A DNA stretch of 64,000 nt from Myxococcota bacterium (lineage in GTDB: Bacteria > Myxococcota_A > UBA9160 > SZUA-336): positions 64,001 to 128,000 of the forward strand of contig CBDFGR010000001.1 in the NCBI GenBank assembly GCA_965247115.1. The letters run 5' to 3'. The notes below the pieces were generated by a model, which saw only the letters and a list, made by a program, of their open reading frames with translations, was not told the DNA's origin and did no database searches. Of this stretch, positions 12,695 to 25,467 are shown piece after piece; within the stretch, counting starts at the first letter, position 1, and each line of letters starts with the position of its first letter. The translations under genes were made by a program, and so were the position numbers.

Positions 12695-13464
12695 TCCACT
12701 TGAAGTCCAAGCACGAGCTCCAGACCATGCGCGAAGCCGGTCGCCACGTAGGCGAGATCCTGCTTGCCATGCGCGAGCTCGCGAGGCCCGGCTTCAGCAC
12801 CGCGGAGATCGACCGCGCCGCGCGTCTCGAGATCCGCAAGCGGAAGCTCGAGTCCTCTTTCCTCGGGTACAGCCCGGGCGGCGCCCCGCCGTATCCGGCG
12901 GTCATCTGCACCTCGATCAACGCCGAGATCGTCCACGGCATCCCGGGCAAGCGCGAGCTCGTGGAGGGCGACATCCTGAAGCTCGATTTCGGCGTCGTCT
13001 GCGGCGGCTTTCACGGCGATTCGGCACTCTCCATTCCCGTTGGCGAGATCAGCGAGGAGTCACGCCGCCTGATCGAGACGACCCGGCGTAGTATGTACGA
13101 GGGCATCAAGCACATGTGTCCCGGACAGCGGCTCGGCGACGTGGGCCACGCGGTCCAGGAGCTGGCGGAAGACGGGGGCTACTCCGTGGTGCGTGACTTC
13201 GTCGGGCACGGGGTGGGGAGAGAGCTGCACGAGCCGCCGCAGCTGCCGAATTTCGGACGCCCCGGGCGTGGCCAGCGGCTCCGCGCCGGGATGGTGCTGG
13301 CGATCGAGCCGATGGTGAACCTCGGCTCGCCAGAGGTGAAGGTTGGTAAGGACGGCTGGACGGCGACGACGGCGGACGAGCTGTTGTCCTCCCACTTCGA
13401 GCACACGGTGGCGATCACAGACAACGGTCCTGAGATCCTCACGGCGGTTCCGGGAAGTCACTAG
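12691..13464 (+). CDS. map: Methionine aminopeptidase type I
   Basis: VHGIP, GHGVG.ELHEPP, AIEPM, HFEHT. Confidence 0.97.
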   Translation: MIHLKSKHELQTMREAGRHVGEILLAMRELARPGFSTAEIDRAARLEIRKRKLESSFLGYSPGGAPPYPAVICTSINAEIVHGIPGKRELVEGDILKLDFGVVCGGFHGDSALSIPVGEISEESRRLIETTRRSMYEGIKHMCPGQRLGDVGHAVQELAEDGGYSVVRDFVGHGVGRELHEPPQLPNFGRPGRGQRLRAGMVLAIEPMVNLGSPEVKVGKDGWTATTADELLSSHFEHTVAITDNGPEILTAVPGSH

Positions 13465-13479
13465 GGTGCTGGAGCGCGC

Positions 13480-13593
13480 ATGAAGGTTCGAGCGAGCGTC
13501 CGCAGGATGTGTGACAAGTGCAAGGTCATCCGGAGGAAGGGTGTCGTCCGCGTGATCTGCGAGAACCCCAAGCACAAGCAACGACAAGGATAA
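13480..13593 (+). CDS. rpmJ: 50S ribosomal protein L36 (zinc-type; below ORF-track cutoff)
   Basis: Manual translation [37 protein letters not shown]. Confidence 0.97.
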   Translation: MKVRASVRRMCDKCKVIRRKGVVRVICENPKHKQRQG

Positions 13594-13596
13594 GAC

Positions 13597-13980
13597 ATGG
13601 CACGAATTGCTGGCGTGGATCTTCCGCGAGAGAAGGCGATCAAGGTCTCTCTCACCTACATCTTCGGCATCGGTGACAGCTCCGCGGTGAAGATCTGCGA
13701 CGAGGCCGGCGTGCCCCGAGAACGCAAGACCTTCGATCTGGACGAGAGCGAAGTGGTACGGCTTCGCGATGCGATCGAGGAAAAGCACAAGGTCGAGGGA
13801 GATCTGCGGCGTGAGCAGACCCAGGCGGTCAAGATGCTGATGGACATTGGTTGCTACCGGGGCCTTCGACATCGACGTGGCCTCCCGGTGAGAGGACAGC
13901 GAACCCATACGAACGCGCGCTGCCGAAAGGGCCCGCGCCGGGCAGTTGCGGGCAAGAAGAAAGCGCCCACCAAGAAATAG
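13597..13980 (+). CDS. rpsM: 30S ribosomal protein S13
   Basis: [27 protein letters not shown]. Confidence 0.98.
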   Translation: MARIAGVDLPREKAIKVSLTYIFGIGDSSAVKICDEAGVPRERKTFDLDESEVVRLRDAIEEKHKVEGDLRREQTQAVKMLMDIGCYRGLRHRRGLPVRGQRTHTNARCRKGPRRAVAGKKKAPTKK

Positions 13981-13986
13981 GATGCA

Positions 13987-14373
13987 ATGGGAAAAACGAA
14001 AAAAGTCAGAAAGCGCGTCAAAAAGAATATCCCTACCGGGGTGGCCCACGTCCAGGCGACGTTCAACAACACGATCGTCACCATCACGGACGTTGCGGGA
14101 AACACCATCGCGGCATCCTCCTCTGGCCAGGTGGGCTTCAAGGGGTCACGCAAATCGACGCCCTTCGCGGCACAGATCTGCGCCGAGCAGGTCGCGAAAA
14201 AGGCGATGGAGCACGGCGTCCGCCAGCTCGCCGTCATGGTGAAGGGTCCGGGATCTGGCCGTGAGTCCGCGGTGCGCGGTCTCCAGGCATCCGGGTTCCG
14301 GGTGACTTTCCTGCGCGACGTGACGCCGATCCCGCACAACGGTTGCCGGCCGCCGAAGCGGCGCCGGGGCTAG
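13987..14373 (+). CDS. rpsK: 30S ribosomal protein S11
   Basis: [32 protein letters not shown]. Confidence 0.98.
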   Translation: MGKTKKVRKRVKKNIPTGVAHVQATFNNTIVTITDVAGNTIAASSSGQVGFKGSRKSTPFAAQICAEQVAKKAMEHGVRQLAVMVKGPGSGRESAVRGLQASGFRVTFLRDVTPIPHNGCRPPKRRRG

Positions 14374-14381
14374 GAGGGCGC

Positions 14382-15008
14382 GTGGCACGCTACCGAGGAC
14401 CCGTTTGCCGGCTCTGTCGACGCGAGGGAATGAAGCTCTTCTTGAAGGGCGAGCGCTGCTTCAGTGACCGATGCTCGATCGAGCGCCGCAACTATCCTCC
14501 AGGACAACACGGCCAGTCGCGGCCGAAGTTCTCGGACTACGGCCTGCAGCTGCGCGAGAAGCAGAAGGTCCGGCGCATCTACGGCGTGCTGGAGGCCCAG
14601 TTCCGGAAGACCGTCAAGGAAGCCGAACGAATGCGAGGGGTAAAGGGCGAGAACCTGATGGCGCTCCTGGAGCGACGCCTCGACAACGTGCTGTACCGCG
14701 TCGGGTTCCTGACCTCGCGGAGCGAGGCGCGGCAGCTCGTGCGGCACGGTCACTTCACGGTCAACGGCCGTAAGGTGACGGTGCCATCGTACCGAGTGCG
14801 CAAGGGCGACGTGCTCGGGCTGACAGGGCGCGGCAAGAAGGCGGAGCGGATTGCGAACGCCCTGGAGTCGCTCGAGGCCCGCACGATTCCGAGCTGGCTC
14901 GAGATCGACAAGGAGAATTTGCAGGGAAGCATCCTCTCGGATCCGGTCCGTGAGGAGCTGACGCTTCCCGTTCAAGAACAGCTCATCATCGAGCTCTACT
15001 CCCGTTAG
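14382..15008 (+). CDS. rpsD: 30S ribosomal protein S4
   Basis: [30 protein letters not shown] after SD GGAGG. Confidence 0.97.
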   Translation: MARYRGPVCRLCRREGMKLFLKGERCFSDRCSIERRNYPPGQHGQSRPKFSDYGLQLREKQKVRRIYGVLEAQFRKTVKEAERMRGVKGENLMALLERRLDNVLYRVGFLTSRSEARQLVRHGHFTVNGRKVTVPSYRVRKGDVLGLTGRGKKAERIANALESLEARTIPSWLEIDKENLQGSILSDPVREELTLPVQEQLIIELYSR

Positions 15009-15052
15009 CCGGTAGTGGCGAAGCGGACGCAAACGAAAACTGGAGGGCGTGT

Positions 15053-16072
<1,020 letters not shown>

Positions 16073-16078
16073 CGCAGA

Positions 16079-16465
16079 ATGCGGCACCGCAAGGACCATC
16101 GAAAGCTGGGGCGCAGCCCCTCGCATCGCAAGGCGATGTTGCGCAACCTCGTGACATCCCTGCTCGAGCTCGAGCAGGTACGCACGACGGAGGCGAAAGC
16201 CAAGGAGGTGCGTAGGGTTGCCGAGCGCATGATCACGCTCGGAAAGCGCGGCACCTTGCACGCGCGCCGCCGTGCCCTGCGAACCATCCGCAGCAAAGAG
16301 GTGGCCGGCAAGCTCTTCGATACGTTGTCCGAGCGGTACAGCGAGCGAGCCGGAGGCTACACACGAGTGATGAAGGTCGGACGCCGCGTGGGCGACAATG
16401 CCGAGATGGCGATCGTTCAGCTGATCCCGGAAGGCGAGTCGGCCCCGGACGAATCGACGCGGTGA
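16079..16465 (+). CDS. rplQ: 50S ribosomal protein L17
   Basis: MRHRK...LGR, GGYTRV...GDNA. Confidence 0.98.
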   Translation: MRHRKDHRKLGRSPSHRKAMLRNLVTSLLELEQVRTTEAKAKEVRRVAERMITLGKRGTLHARRRALRTIRSKEVAGKLFDTLSERYSERAGGYTRVMKVGRRVGDNAEMAIVQLIPEGESAPDESTR

Positions 16466-17001
16466 CCTCTCCGCGCGGACGAGTCGTCCCCCTGCTGGTG
16501 GCCGCCGCGCTGGTGGCCACGGCGGCGGGCGTCCTCGCTGGGTTTCGTGGTACGAGCGCGCCCCCGCTCCGGGTGGGGACGCCGGCTCCCAACTTCTCGC
16601 TGCCGTCTCTTACCGGTCCGGATCGCTCGCTGGTGGAGCTGCGAGGCCGGGTGGTGTTCGTCAACTTCTGGGCCACGTGGTGCGCCCCCTGCAAAGAGGA
16701 GGCACCGTCGCTCGATCGCCTGTACCGCAGCTTCCCGCGCGAGAGCTTCGAGATCCTGGCGGTCAGCATCGACGCTGAGGGACAGGACCGGGAGGTGAGC
16801 GAGTTCGGGGTCGACTACGGGCTCTCCTTTCCCATCCTGCTCGATCCCGAGCAACGCACCTACGGGGCGTACAAGGCGAGCGGGGTTCCGGAGACCTTCG
16901 TGATCGGGGTCGACGGACGGGTGATCGAGCGCTTCATCGGACCGCGGGACTGGGACCAGCCGCGCTACGCGAGCGCCGTGCGGCGCCTCATCGATGGCTG
17001 A
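16462..17001 (+). CDS. TlpA/ResA-like membrane-anchored thiol-disulfide oxidoreductase
   Basis: N-terminal [18 protein letters not shown]. Confidence 0.92.
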   Translation: MTSPRGRVVPLLVAAALVATAAGVLAGFRGTSAPPLRVGTPAPNFSLPSLTGPDRSLVELRGRVVFVNFWATWCAPCKEEAPSLDRLYRSFPRESFEILAVSIDAEGQDREVSEFGVDYGLSFPILLDPEQRTYGAYKASGVPETFVIGVDGRVIERFIGPRDWDQPRYASAVRRLIDG

Positions 17002-17323
17002 CCGACGAGCGAAAGGCGCGAGACGGCGCTGGCTGCGCCGAGTGGCCCTGGCCCTTGGCCCCGTGCTCGCACTGAGCGGGGCTTCCGTCGCGCTGGTGCT
17101 CGACCGCGAGGACGGGTTACGGACGCTGATCGACCTGCGCCGCCAGGCTCGCGACGCCCACACGCGTGTCGATCGCTTGAGTGCCGAAAAGCAGCGCCTC
17201 TCCTCGCTCGTGAGCGGCCTGCGCTCGGACCCCGAGCAGGTGGAAGCCGCCGCGCGCAGCCGGCTAGGCATGCTGCGGCCAGGAGAGGTCGTCGTTCGCA
17301 TGCCGAACACCGGCGGGCGTTGA
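16994..17323 (+). CDS. ftsB: FtsB/DivIC-family septum formation initiator
   Basis: TM, coiled coil, then DPEQVEAAARSRLGMLRPGEVV. Confidence 0.8.
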   Translation: MADRRAKGARRRWLRRVALALGPVLALSGASVALVLDREDGLRTLIDLRRQARDAHTRVDRLSAEKQRLSSLVSGLRSDPEQVEAAARSRLGMLRPGEVVVRMPNTGGR

Positions 17324-17344
17324 GGCCGCCCGGGGACGCCGGCC

Positions 17345-19021
17345 GTGGATCGTGAGGTGCGCGAACGGCTGCTGGAACGGGTCAGGGAGGCGGCGGCGAG
17401 CGTCGTTCGTGAGATCGACGCGACCTGCCTCGACCGGCTCGACTCGGTTCAGGTAGTTCCCAGCAAGGGCCCGGAGCACGGAGACTTCGCCAGCAACGCG
17501 GCGATGGTGCTCGCCAAGGCGCTTGCCAAACCCCCGCGCGAGATCGCGCAGCGGATCCAGCGAGTGCTCGGCGAATCCGACGCGCTCGTGGCCAAGACCG
17601 AGGTTGCTGGCCCCGGCTTCCTGAACTTCTTCCTCGTGCCCACGCACTGGAACGAGCTGCTCGTGCGCATTCTCGAGGACGCTCCGGCCTTCGGTCGCAG
17701 CGACGAGGGCCAGGGGCAACGCGTGATGGTGGAGTTCGTCTCGGCCAATCCCACGGGACCTCTCACGATCGGGCACGGACGCAATGCAGTGCTCGGAGAC
17801 TGCATAGCGAACCTGTTGGAGGCGACCGGGTACGAGGTCGTGCGCGAGTACTATTTCAACGATGGCGGTCGCCAGATGCGTGTGCTCGCGCAGTCCCTCC
17901 GGGCTCGGTACGAGCAAGAGCTCGGCCTGGAAGCAGAGCTGCCAGAGGAGGGCTACCAGGGCGACTATCTGGTCGACGTGGCGAGACAGCTCGCCCGTGA
18001 AGAGGGGCGGGGCTGGCTCGAGAGCGACGAGAAGTGCTTCCGGGAGCGCGCGCAGGCGGCCATGTTCGAGGACATCGGTCGAACCCTCGACCGGCTCGGC
18101 ATCCACTTCGACAAGTACACGAACGAGCAGTCCCTGTATGACGAGGGGCGCGTCGAGTTGGCGCTCGAGGACCTCGGGGCGACAAACCTCGTCTTCGAGA
18201 GCGACGGGGCCGTCTGGCTGCGCTCGACCAGCCTCGAGCTCCCGCGGGACCGGGTGCTGGTGAAGTCGACCGAGGAGCCCACGTACCTGCTGCCCGACAT
18301 CGCCTACCACCGCGAGAGCTTGCGCCGCGGCTACGCGGCGATCATCGATGTGCTCGGCCCGGATCACATCGAGCAGTTCCCCTACGTGCGCGCCGCGATC
18401 TCCGCTCTCGGTGAGGACGCGGACAGGATCGAGGCGGTCATCTACCAGTGGGTCAACCTGCGGCGCGGTGGGGAGCTCGTGAAGATGTCGACGCGCAAGG
18501 CGTCCTTCGTGACCGTCGACGAGCTGCTCGACGACGTGGGCTCCGATGTGTTCCGGTACTTCATGATCGAGCGTCGCGGTGAGACGCATTTCGACTTTGA
18601 CGTGGAGCTCGGACGCGAGCGCTCGGAGCGCAACCCCGTCTACAAGATCCAGTATGCGCACGCTCGCCTGTGCAGCATCCTGCGCCTCGCCCCCGAGCGA
18701 GGACTCGAGCTCGGGACCCCAGAGCAGATCGACTGGCAGCGCCTCGAGGCGCCCGCGGAGCTGGAGCTCTGCAAGCTGCTGGATCGCTTCCCCGAGCTCG
18801 TCGCGCACGCGGCAAAAGCCAGGGAGCCCATGGAGGTCGCACGCTACCTGCTCGACCTGGCGACCGCCTTCCACAGCTACGTCTCGGATGGCGTGCGTCA
18901 CCGTGTGCTGTCCGATGACCGCGAGCTGTCCATGGCCCGCCTCGGTCTGGTGCGCGCGATCCGCAGCACGCTGGCGAACGGACTGGGCCTGCTCGGCATC
19001 GAGGCGCCGGAGCGGATGTGA
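17345..19021 (+). CDS. argS: Arginine--tRNA ligase
   Basis: GPGFLNF, EFVSANPTGPLTIGH, KMSTR, QYAHAR, APERM end. Confidence 0.97.
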   Translation: MDREVRERLLERVREAAASVVREIDATCLDRLDSVQVVPSKGPEHGDFASNAAMVLAKALAKPPREIAQRIQRVLGESDALVAKTEVAGPGFLNFFLVPTHWNELLVRILEDAPAFGRSDEGQGQRVMVEFVSANPTGPLTIGHGRNAVLGDCIANLLEATGYEVVREYYFNDGGRQMRVLAQSLRARYEQELGLEAELPEEGYQGDYLVDVARQLAREEGRGWLESDEKCFRERAQAAMFEDIGRTLDRLGIHFDKYTNEQSLYDEGRVELALEDLGATNLVFESDGAVWLRSTSLELPRDRVLVKSTEEPTYLLPDIAYHRESLRRGYAAIIDVLGPDHIEQFPYVRAAISALGEDADRIEAVIYQWVNLRRGGELVKMSTRKASFVTVDELLDDVGSDVFRYFMIERRGETHFDFDVELGRERSERNPVYKIQYAHARLCSILRLAPERGLELGTPEQIDWQRLEAPAELELCKLLDRFPELVAHAAKAREPMEVARYLLDLATAFHSYVSDGVRHRVLSDDRELSMARLGLVRAIRSTLANGLGLLGIEAPERM

Positions 19022-19518
19022 GGATCTTGACCGCCACTCTCCTGCTTGCCGTCGGCGGGGGCGCAGGGCTCGTGCTGGGCTCGCTGCTCGAAGCTCCCCG
19101 GCTACTGCTCCAGAGCTGGCTCGGACCCGTGGTACGTGTCGAGCTTCAGGGCGCCGCCCCGGGCCCGACCACCGAGGTTCTCCTGACGGAGTTCAACGCC
19201 ATTCAGCACGCGCCGCTCCCAGCTGTCGCCGCGGCGCCTGTGTCCGAGACGACGCCTGTGTCCGAGACGGCCGAGACAATTGGGCCCCGCGAGTCGGGGC
19301 CCGTCGTACAGGTGCGGGCGTACCGCGAACGCAGCGAGGCCGAGCGCTTGGTCGGGGAGCTCCGCGCGCGGGGCTTTCAGGCGTTCATCAGCCGGACCCG
19401 AGGGGATGCGGGTACGCGCTCCCGCGTTCGTGTCGCACCGCTTGACGGAGAGCCGATCTCCCGGCTGAGCGAGCGGCTCTCCGCCCTCGGCTACGAGACC
19501 TGGACGACGATCGAGTGA
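19018..19518 (+). CDS. SPOR domain membrane-anchored protein
   Basis: N-terminal TM, Pro/Thr linker, C-terminal VQVRAY...AERLVGELRARGF...RVRV; argS-adjacent. Confidence 0.75.
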   Translation: MRILTATLLLAVGGGAGLVLGSLLEAPRLLLQSWLGPVVRVELQGAAPGPTTEVLLTEFNAIQHAPLPAVAAAPVSETTPVSETAETIGPRESGPVVQVRAYRERSEAERLVGELRARGFQAFISRTRGDAGTRSRVRVAPLDGEPISRLSERLSALGYETWTTIE

Positions 19519-20373
19519 GCAGCTGGCTGCTGACCGGCGCGAACGGACAGCTCGGGCGCTCTGTCATGGAGCGTGCATCCGAGCTTGGCGTAGACGTGCG
19601 CCCCTACGCGCACGCGGAGCTCGACGTGACGGATGCCGAAGCCGTAGCCTCTGCTATCGAGGAGGCGCGGCCCGGCGTGGTGCTGAACTGCGCCGCATTC
19701 ACGAACGTGGACCTCTGCGAGGAGCGGGTCGAGGAGGCGCAGCGGGTGAACGAGCTCGCTCCCGGAGTGCTGGCCAACGCGTGCAAGGGCGGGCCACTTC
19801 TGGTTCACGTGAGCACGGACTACGTCTTCGACGGCGCGTCGCCGTGTCACCTGACGGAGGACGCCCCCACGAGGCCACTCGGTGTCTACGGGCGCACGAA
19901 GCTCGGAGGCGAGCGCGCCGTGCGCAGGTCGGGGGCCGATCACCTGATCGTGCGCAGCCAGTGGCTCTTCGGGCCGGGACCGAACTTCGTGCGCACCATT
20001 CTGGCGCGTGCGATCGAGGGCGTGGCGCTGCGGGTGGTCGACGACCAGATCGGACGGCCGACCTGGACCGGCTCGCTTGCGGCCGCGATCTTCCAGGCTG
20101 TTGAGCTCGGAGCGCGGGGCGACCTGCACCTCGCCTCGGAGGGTGTCGCCAGCTGGTACGATTTCGCTCGAGAAGCCATCATCGAAGCTGCGCGTAGAGG
20201 GCTGGTTCGACCGGTCGCCGTCGAGCCGATCCCCACCCGAGAGATGCCGCGCCCGGCCGCGCGCCCCGCGCACGCCGTGCTCGGCCTCGAGCGCGCCAGG
20301 AGACTGGGCGTCGCGCTGCCGCACTGGCGCCAGGCGCTGGTCGGGTATCTGGAGCGGGAGGCGGGAGGCGAAG

Positions 20374-20381
<8 letters not shown>
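19515..20381 (+). CDS. rfbD: dTDP-4-dehydrorhamnose reductase
   Basis: [27 protein letters not shown]. Confidence 0.95.
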
Positions 20382-21315
<934 letters not shown>

Positions 21316-21318
21316 CGC

Positions 21319-23133
21319 GTGCGAGAGTTTCAACAGAGCCAGATCCGCAACTTTGCCATCATCGCCCACATCGATCACGGCAAGTCCACGCTCGCGGATC
21401 GTCTGCTCGAGGCCACGGGGACGCTCTCCGAGCGGGAGAGGGTCGACCAATTCCTGGACAAGATGGAGCTGGAGCGAGAGCGCGGCATCACCATCAAGGC
21501 GCAGACGGCTCAGATGCGCTATTGCGCGAGGGATGGCGAGGAGTACCTGCTCAACCTGATCGATACGCCGGGCCACGTCGACTTCCAGTACGAGGTGTCG
21601 CGCTCCCTCGAGGCTTGTGAGGGGGTGCTCCTGGTCGTCGACGCGGCGCAGGGAGTGGAGGCTCAGACCGTCGCCAACGCGGAGGTGGCGATCCTAGCGG
21701 GACTCGAGCTCATCCCCGTGATCAACAAGACCGACCTCCCGAACGCCGATCCCGAGCGGATCCTGCGCGAGATCGAGGAGATCGTGGGCATCCCGACTGC
21801 TGACGCCCTCTGCATCTCCGCCAAGACGGGAGCCGGGATCGACCTTGTGCTCGAGGCGATCACGGCCCGCGTTCCCGAGCCTTCGGGAGACCCCGATGGT
21901 CCGCTCAGAGCGTTGATCTTCGACAGCTGGTACGACTCCTATCTCGGCGCGACGATGCTCGTGCGTGTGGTGGACGGCCAGCTCGAGCGGGGAGTCAGGC
22001 TGCGAATGCTCGCGACCGGCGCGGAGCACGACGCGGGCTTTGTGGGCGAGCTCGTTCCGGACGTCCACGCGGTCGAGCGGGTTGGCTGCGGACAGGTGGC
22101 GGTGCTGGCCGCCAGCATCCGCGATCCGAAGGCGGTACAGATCGGAGACACCCTCACCGAGGCGGCGCGTCCGGCCGCCGAGCCTCTTCCGGGTTTCCAG
22201 CCGATGCAGCCCATGGTCTGGAGCGGGCTCTACCCTGCGGATCCGGCCCACTACGATGCCCTGCGCGCGGCGATTGCGAAGCTGCAGCTGAACGACTCCT
22301 CGTTCTCCGCCGAGCCGGAGACCAGCGAGGCGCTCGGCTTCGGCTTCCGCTGTGGCTACCTCGGCCTGCTGCACATGGAGATCGCCCAGGAGCGGCTCGA
22401 GCGCGAGTACGGGCTCGACCTGATCATCACCGCGCCCACGGTCGTCTATCGGGTCGTGAAGAGCGACGGTGCGGAGATCGAGATTCACCGACCCAGCGAC
22501 CTGCCCCCTGCCGGCGAGATCCGCGAGATCCTCGAGCCCCGGATCCTGGCGCAGATTCACGTGCCTGCCGAGTACCTCGGCGCCGTGCTGGCCCTGTGCC
22601 AGGCCCGTCGCGGCGTCCAGCAGGAGCTCGTGGTCCACGGCGACAATCGGGCCGTCGTGCGCTACGAGCTGCCCCTGGCGGAGGTGGCGGTCGACTTCTA
22701 CGATCGGCTCAAGAGCTCGACGCGGGGCTACGCGTCCATGGGCTACGACCTGAGCGGCTTCGAGCCCGAGAGCCTGACCAAGGTCGACGTGGTCGTGAAC
22801 GGCGACCGGGTCGACGCGCTCTCGATCATCGTGCACCGCGACTCCGCCTACCGACGTGGGCTTGCTCTGATCCGAAGGATGAAGGAGCACATCCCGCGGC
22901 AGATGTTCGAGGTGGCGATCCAGGCGGCGCTGGGCACGAAGGTCATCGCGCGTGTCACCGTCAAGGCGCTGCGCAAGAACGTGACCGCGAAGTGCTACGG
23001 CGGCGACATCACGCGGAAGAAGAAGCTGCTCGAGAAGCAGCGCGAGGGAAAGCGGCGGATGAAGCGCATCGGCAACGTGGAGATCCCGCAGGCCGCGTTC
23101 CTCGCGGTCCTGTCCAGCGACGAGGGGGGATAG
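21319..23133 (+). CDS. lepA: Elongation factor 4
   Basis: AHIDHGKSTLADR, CYGGDITRKKKLLEKQ. Confidence 0.98.
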   Translation: MREFQQSQIRNFAIIAHIDHGKSTLADRLLEATGTLSERERVDQFLDKMELERERGITIKAQTAQMRYCARDGEEYLLNLIDTPGHVDFQYEVSRSLEACEGVLLVVDAAQGVEAQTVANAEVAILAGLELIPVINKTDLPNADPERILREIEEIVGIPTADALCISAKTGAGIDLVLEAITARVPEPSGDPDGPLRALIFDSWYDSYLGATMLVRVVDGQLERGVRLRMLATGAEHDAGFVGELVPDVHAVERVGCGQVAVLAASIRDPKAVQIGDTLTEAARPAAEPLPGFQPMQPMVWSGLYPADPAHYDALRAAIAKLQLNDSSFSAEPETSEALGFGFRCGYLGLLHMEIAQERLEREYGLDLIITAPTVVYRVVKSDGAEIEIHRPSDLPPAGEIREILEPRILAQIHVPAEYLGAVLALCQARRGVQQELVVHGDNRAVVRYELPLAEVAVDFYDRLKSSTRGYASMGYDLSGFEPESLTKVDVVVNGDRVDALSIIVHRDSAYRRGLALIRRMKEHIPRQMFEVAIQAALGTKVIARVTVKALRKNVTAKCYGGDITRKKKLLEKQREGKRRMKRIGNVEIPQAAFLAVLSSDEGG

Positions 23134-23158
23134 GGCTATAATGCGAGAGGAGTCGGGT

Positions 23159-23947
23159 ATGTCGACGGAGGCGAAGACGGAGACGAGGGAGCGCGGCTCT
23201 TTCGAGACCGTGCGCGCCGTACTGGTCGCCGCCCTGATCGCTCTGTTCATCCGCTCCTTTGTTGTCGAGCCTTTCAAGATCCCCTCAGGCTCCATGATTC
23301 CGACGCTGCTAGTCGGCGACTACGTGCTCGTCAACAAGTTCTCGTACGGCGTGCGGCTGCCTTTCACAGGGACCCTGCTGTTCGGGAAGTCCAGGCCCGA
23401 GCGCGGAGACGTGATGGTGTTCCGCTATCCCGACGATCCGAGCCAGGACTTCATCAAGCGGGTCGTCGGGGTCTCCGGTGACCGCATCGCGGTGCGCGAC
23501 GGGCGGCTCTGGCTGAACGGCCAGCCCGTAGATCGCATGCCGGACGGCGAGTTCGTATATCGCGATGTGACGAACCAGCGCGAGATCCGGACCAAGCGCT
23601 TCATCGAGCGGACCGAAGAGGTGGACTACACGATCATCCACTCGCGCCCTGGCGCGAGCCGACGCAACGGTCCATGGGTCGTCCCCGAGAACAAGTACTT
23701 CGTGATGGGCGACAACCGGGACAACTCCCAGGACAGCCGGCTCTGGCGTGAGCCCTTCGTCTCCGAGGAGCAGATCAAGGGGCGCGCCTTCATGATCCAC
23801 TGGTCCTGGGTCGTCTCGTACGGCTCCGCGCGGAACCGCAGCTTCATAGCAGACCTGCTGCATACCTTGTGGAGGGTGGTGACGCTGCAGGTGGAGAAAA
23901 TTCGCTGGAATCGAGTTGGTCGCTCGCTCGGCGGTCGCGCGGATTGA
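23159..23947 (+). CDS. lepB: Signal peptidase I
   Basis: IPSGSMIPTL, FIKRVVG, MGDNRDNSQDSR; SD GAGGAG before ATG 23159 (alternative start 23141); TATAAT at 23137. Confidence 0.95.
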   Translation: MSTEAKTETRERGSFETVRAVLVAALIALFIRSFVVEPFKIPSGSMIPTLLVGDYVLVNKFSYGVRLPFTGTLLFGKSRPERGDVMVFRYPDDPSQDFIKRVVGVSGDRIAVRDGRLWLNGQPVDRMPDGEFVYRDVTNQREIRTKRFIERTEEVDYTIIHSRPGASRRNGPWVVPENKYFVMGDNRDNSQDSRLWREPFVSEEQIKGRAFMIHWSWVVSYGSARNRSFIADLLHTLWRVVTLQVEKIRWNRVGRSLGGRAD

Positions 23948-23972
23948 CGGGGACCGGCGCGTCCGATAGGTT
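23944..23972 (+). promoter_or_regulatory. Putative sigma70 promoter of pyr operon
   Basis: TTGACG-17 nt-TAGGTT directly upstream of the PyrR-binding hairpin. Confidence 0.55.
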
Positions 23973-23981
23973 CCGGTCGCT

Positions 23982-24013
23982 CTTTTAATCCCATCCGGAG
24001 AGGTGGGGAAAGG
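23982..24013 (+). promoter_or_regulatory. PyrR-binding RNA hairpin overlapping pyrR RBS
   Basis: CTTTTAATCCCATCCGGAGAGGTGGGGAAAGG matches the PyrR consensus CUUUAA...UCCNGNGAGG; 3' arm ends 6 nt before ATG. Confidence 0.8.
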
Positions 24014-24019
24014 CACTCG

Positions 24020-24559
24020 ATGAGCGAGGCCAGGGCCGACTCCGCTCGCGTCGTGCTCGACGCGCCAGGGATACAGCGCGCCGCCACCCGAATCGCGCAC
24101 GAGATCGTAGAGAAGAACGGTGGCACCGAGGCTCTCGTTCTGGTTGCCATCGTCAAGGGCGGCCGCCCCATCGCCGAGCTGATTCGCGATCGTCTGCGCG
24201 AGATCGATGGCAGCGACGTGCCCCTGGGCACCCTCGACGTCACGCTGTACCGCGATGACGTGATCGGTCACGGCCGCCGTCCGGTCCCGAACCCGACGCG
24301 GATGCCCGTCGCGATCGGCGGTAAGCGCATCGTGCTCGTCGACGACGTGATTTTCACGGGCCGGACCGTGCGCGCCGCCATGGACGCGGTCATCGACTTC
24401 GGGCGGCCGGACGCAATCCAGGTGGCCACGCTGGTCGATCGCGGTCACCGGGAGCTCCCGATCCGTGTGGACTTCGTGGGCAAGAACATCCCGACTTCCC
24501 GCTCGGACAAGGTCGTCCTGCAACGCAACCCTGAAGGAGAGCTCGAGGTGGTCGTATGA
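24020..24559 (+). CDS. pyrR: Bifunctional pyrimidine regulator/UPRTase
   Basis: [28 protein letters not shown]. Confidence 0.97.
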   Translation: MSEARADSARVVLDAPGIQRAATRIAHEIVEKNGGTEALVLVAIVKGGRPIAELIRDRLREIDGSDVPLGTLDVTLYRDDVIGHGRRPVPNPTRMPVAIGGKRIVLVDDVIFTGRTVRAAMDAVIDFGRPDAIQVATLVDRGHRELPIRVDFVGKNIPTSRSDKVVLQRNPEGELEVVV

Positions 24560-25467
24560 GAGGCCTGCTGGGAATCGAGAGCCTCACGCGCCAGGAGATC
24601 GAGCGCATCCTCGATACGAGCGAGGCAATGCTTGAGGTCTCTCAGCGCGAGATCAAGCGCGTGCCGACGCTGCGCGGCAGGACGGTGATCAACCTCTTCC
24701 TCGAGCCCTCGACGCGAACGCGCGTGAGCTTCGAGATCGCGGCCAAACGACTCTCGGCTGACGCCATCAACGTCTCGTCCTCTGGCTCGAGCCTGTCGAA
24801 GTCTGAAACCCTCGCAGACATGGGCCGCAACCTGGCCGCCATGAACGCCGATCTGCTCGTGGTCAGGGATCGGGCGGCGGGCGTACCCAAGATGCTCGCG
24901 GACCGCCTCAACCTGCCGGTCATCAACGCGGGCGACGGTTGTCACGAGCACCCCACGCAGGCGTTGCTCGACGTGTTCACGGTGCGCCAGTCGCTGGGCA
25001 CGCTGGACGGACGCGTCGTGGCTATCGTGGGCGACATCTCGCATAGCCGCGTTGCTCGCTCCGATATCTACGCCTTCACGAAGCTCGGCGCGGAGGTGCG
25101 GGTCGCCGGCCCGCCCACGATGATGCCCGCCGGCGTCGAGCTGCTCGGCGTGAAGCCGTGCTACTCGATGGAGGAGGCTCTAGACGGTGCCGATGTGATC
25201 GTCATGCTGCGGATCCAGCGCGAGCGGCTCGAGCGAGCTCTCTTCCCATCGGTTCGTGAGTACTCCCAGACCTTCGGGCTCAACCTGCGCACACTGGCCC
25301 TGGCCAAGCCCGATGCGATCGTGCTCCACCCCGGGCCGATCAACCGGGGAGTGGAGATCGCGAGCGAGGTCGCAGATTCGGAGCCCTCGCGCATCCTCGA
25401 TCAGGTCACGAACGGGGTCGCGGTCCGCATGGCCGCGCTCTATCTGCTGACGGGAGATGGGGAGTGA
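24556..25467 (+). CDS. pyrB: Aspartate carbamoyltransferase catalytic subunit
   Basis: [23 protein letters not shown]. Confidence 0.97.
   Translation: MRGLLGIESLTRQEIERILDTSEAMLEVSQREIKRVPTLRGRTVINLFLEPSTRTRVSFEIAAKRLSADAINVSSSGSSLSKSETLADMGRNLAAMNADLLVVRDRAAGVPKMLADRLNLPVINAGDGCHEHPTQALLDVFTVRQSLGTLDGRVVAIVGDISHSRVARSDIYAFTKLGAEVRVAGPPTMMPAGVELLGVKPCYSMEEALDGADVIVMLRIQRERLERALFPSVREYSQTFGLNLRTLALAKPDAIVLHPGPINRGVEIASEVADSEPSRILDQVTNGVAVRMAALYLLTGDGE

Noticed and set aside
17740..17790. ArgRS HIGH motif reads TIGH
   Set aside because: First-position variation is tolerated in ArgRS and the rest of the enzyme is intact.
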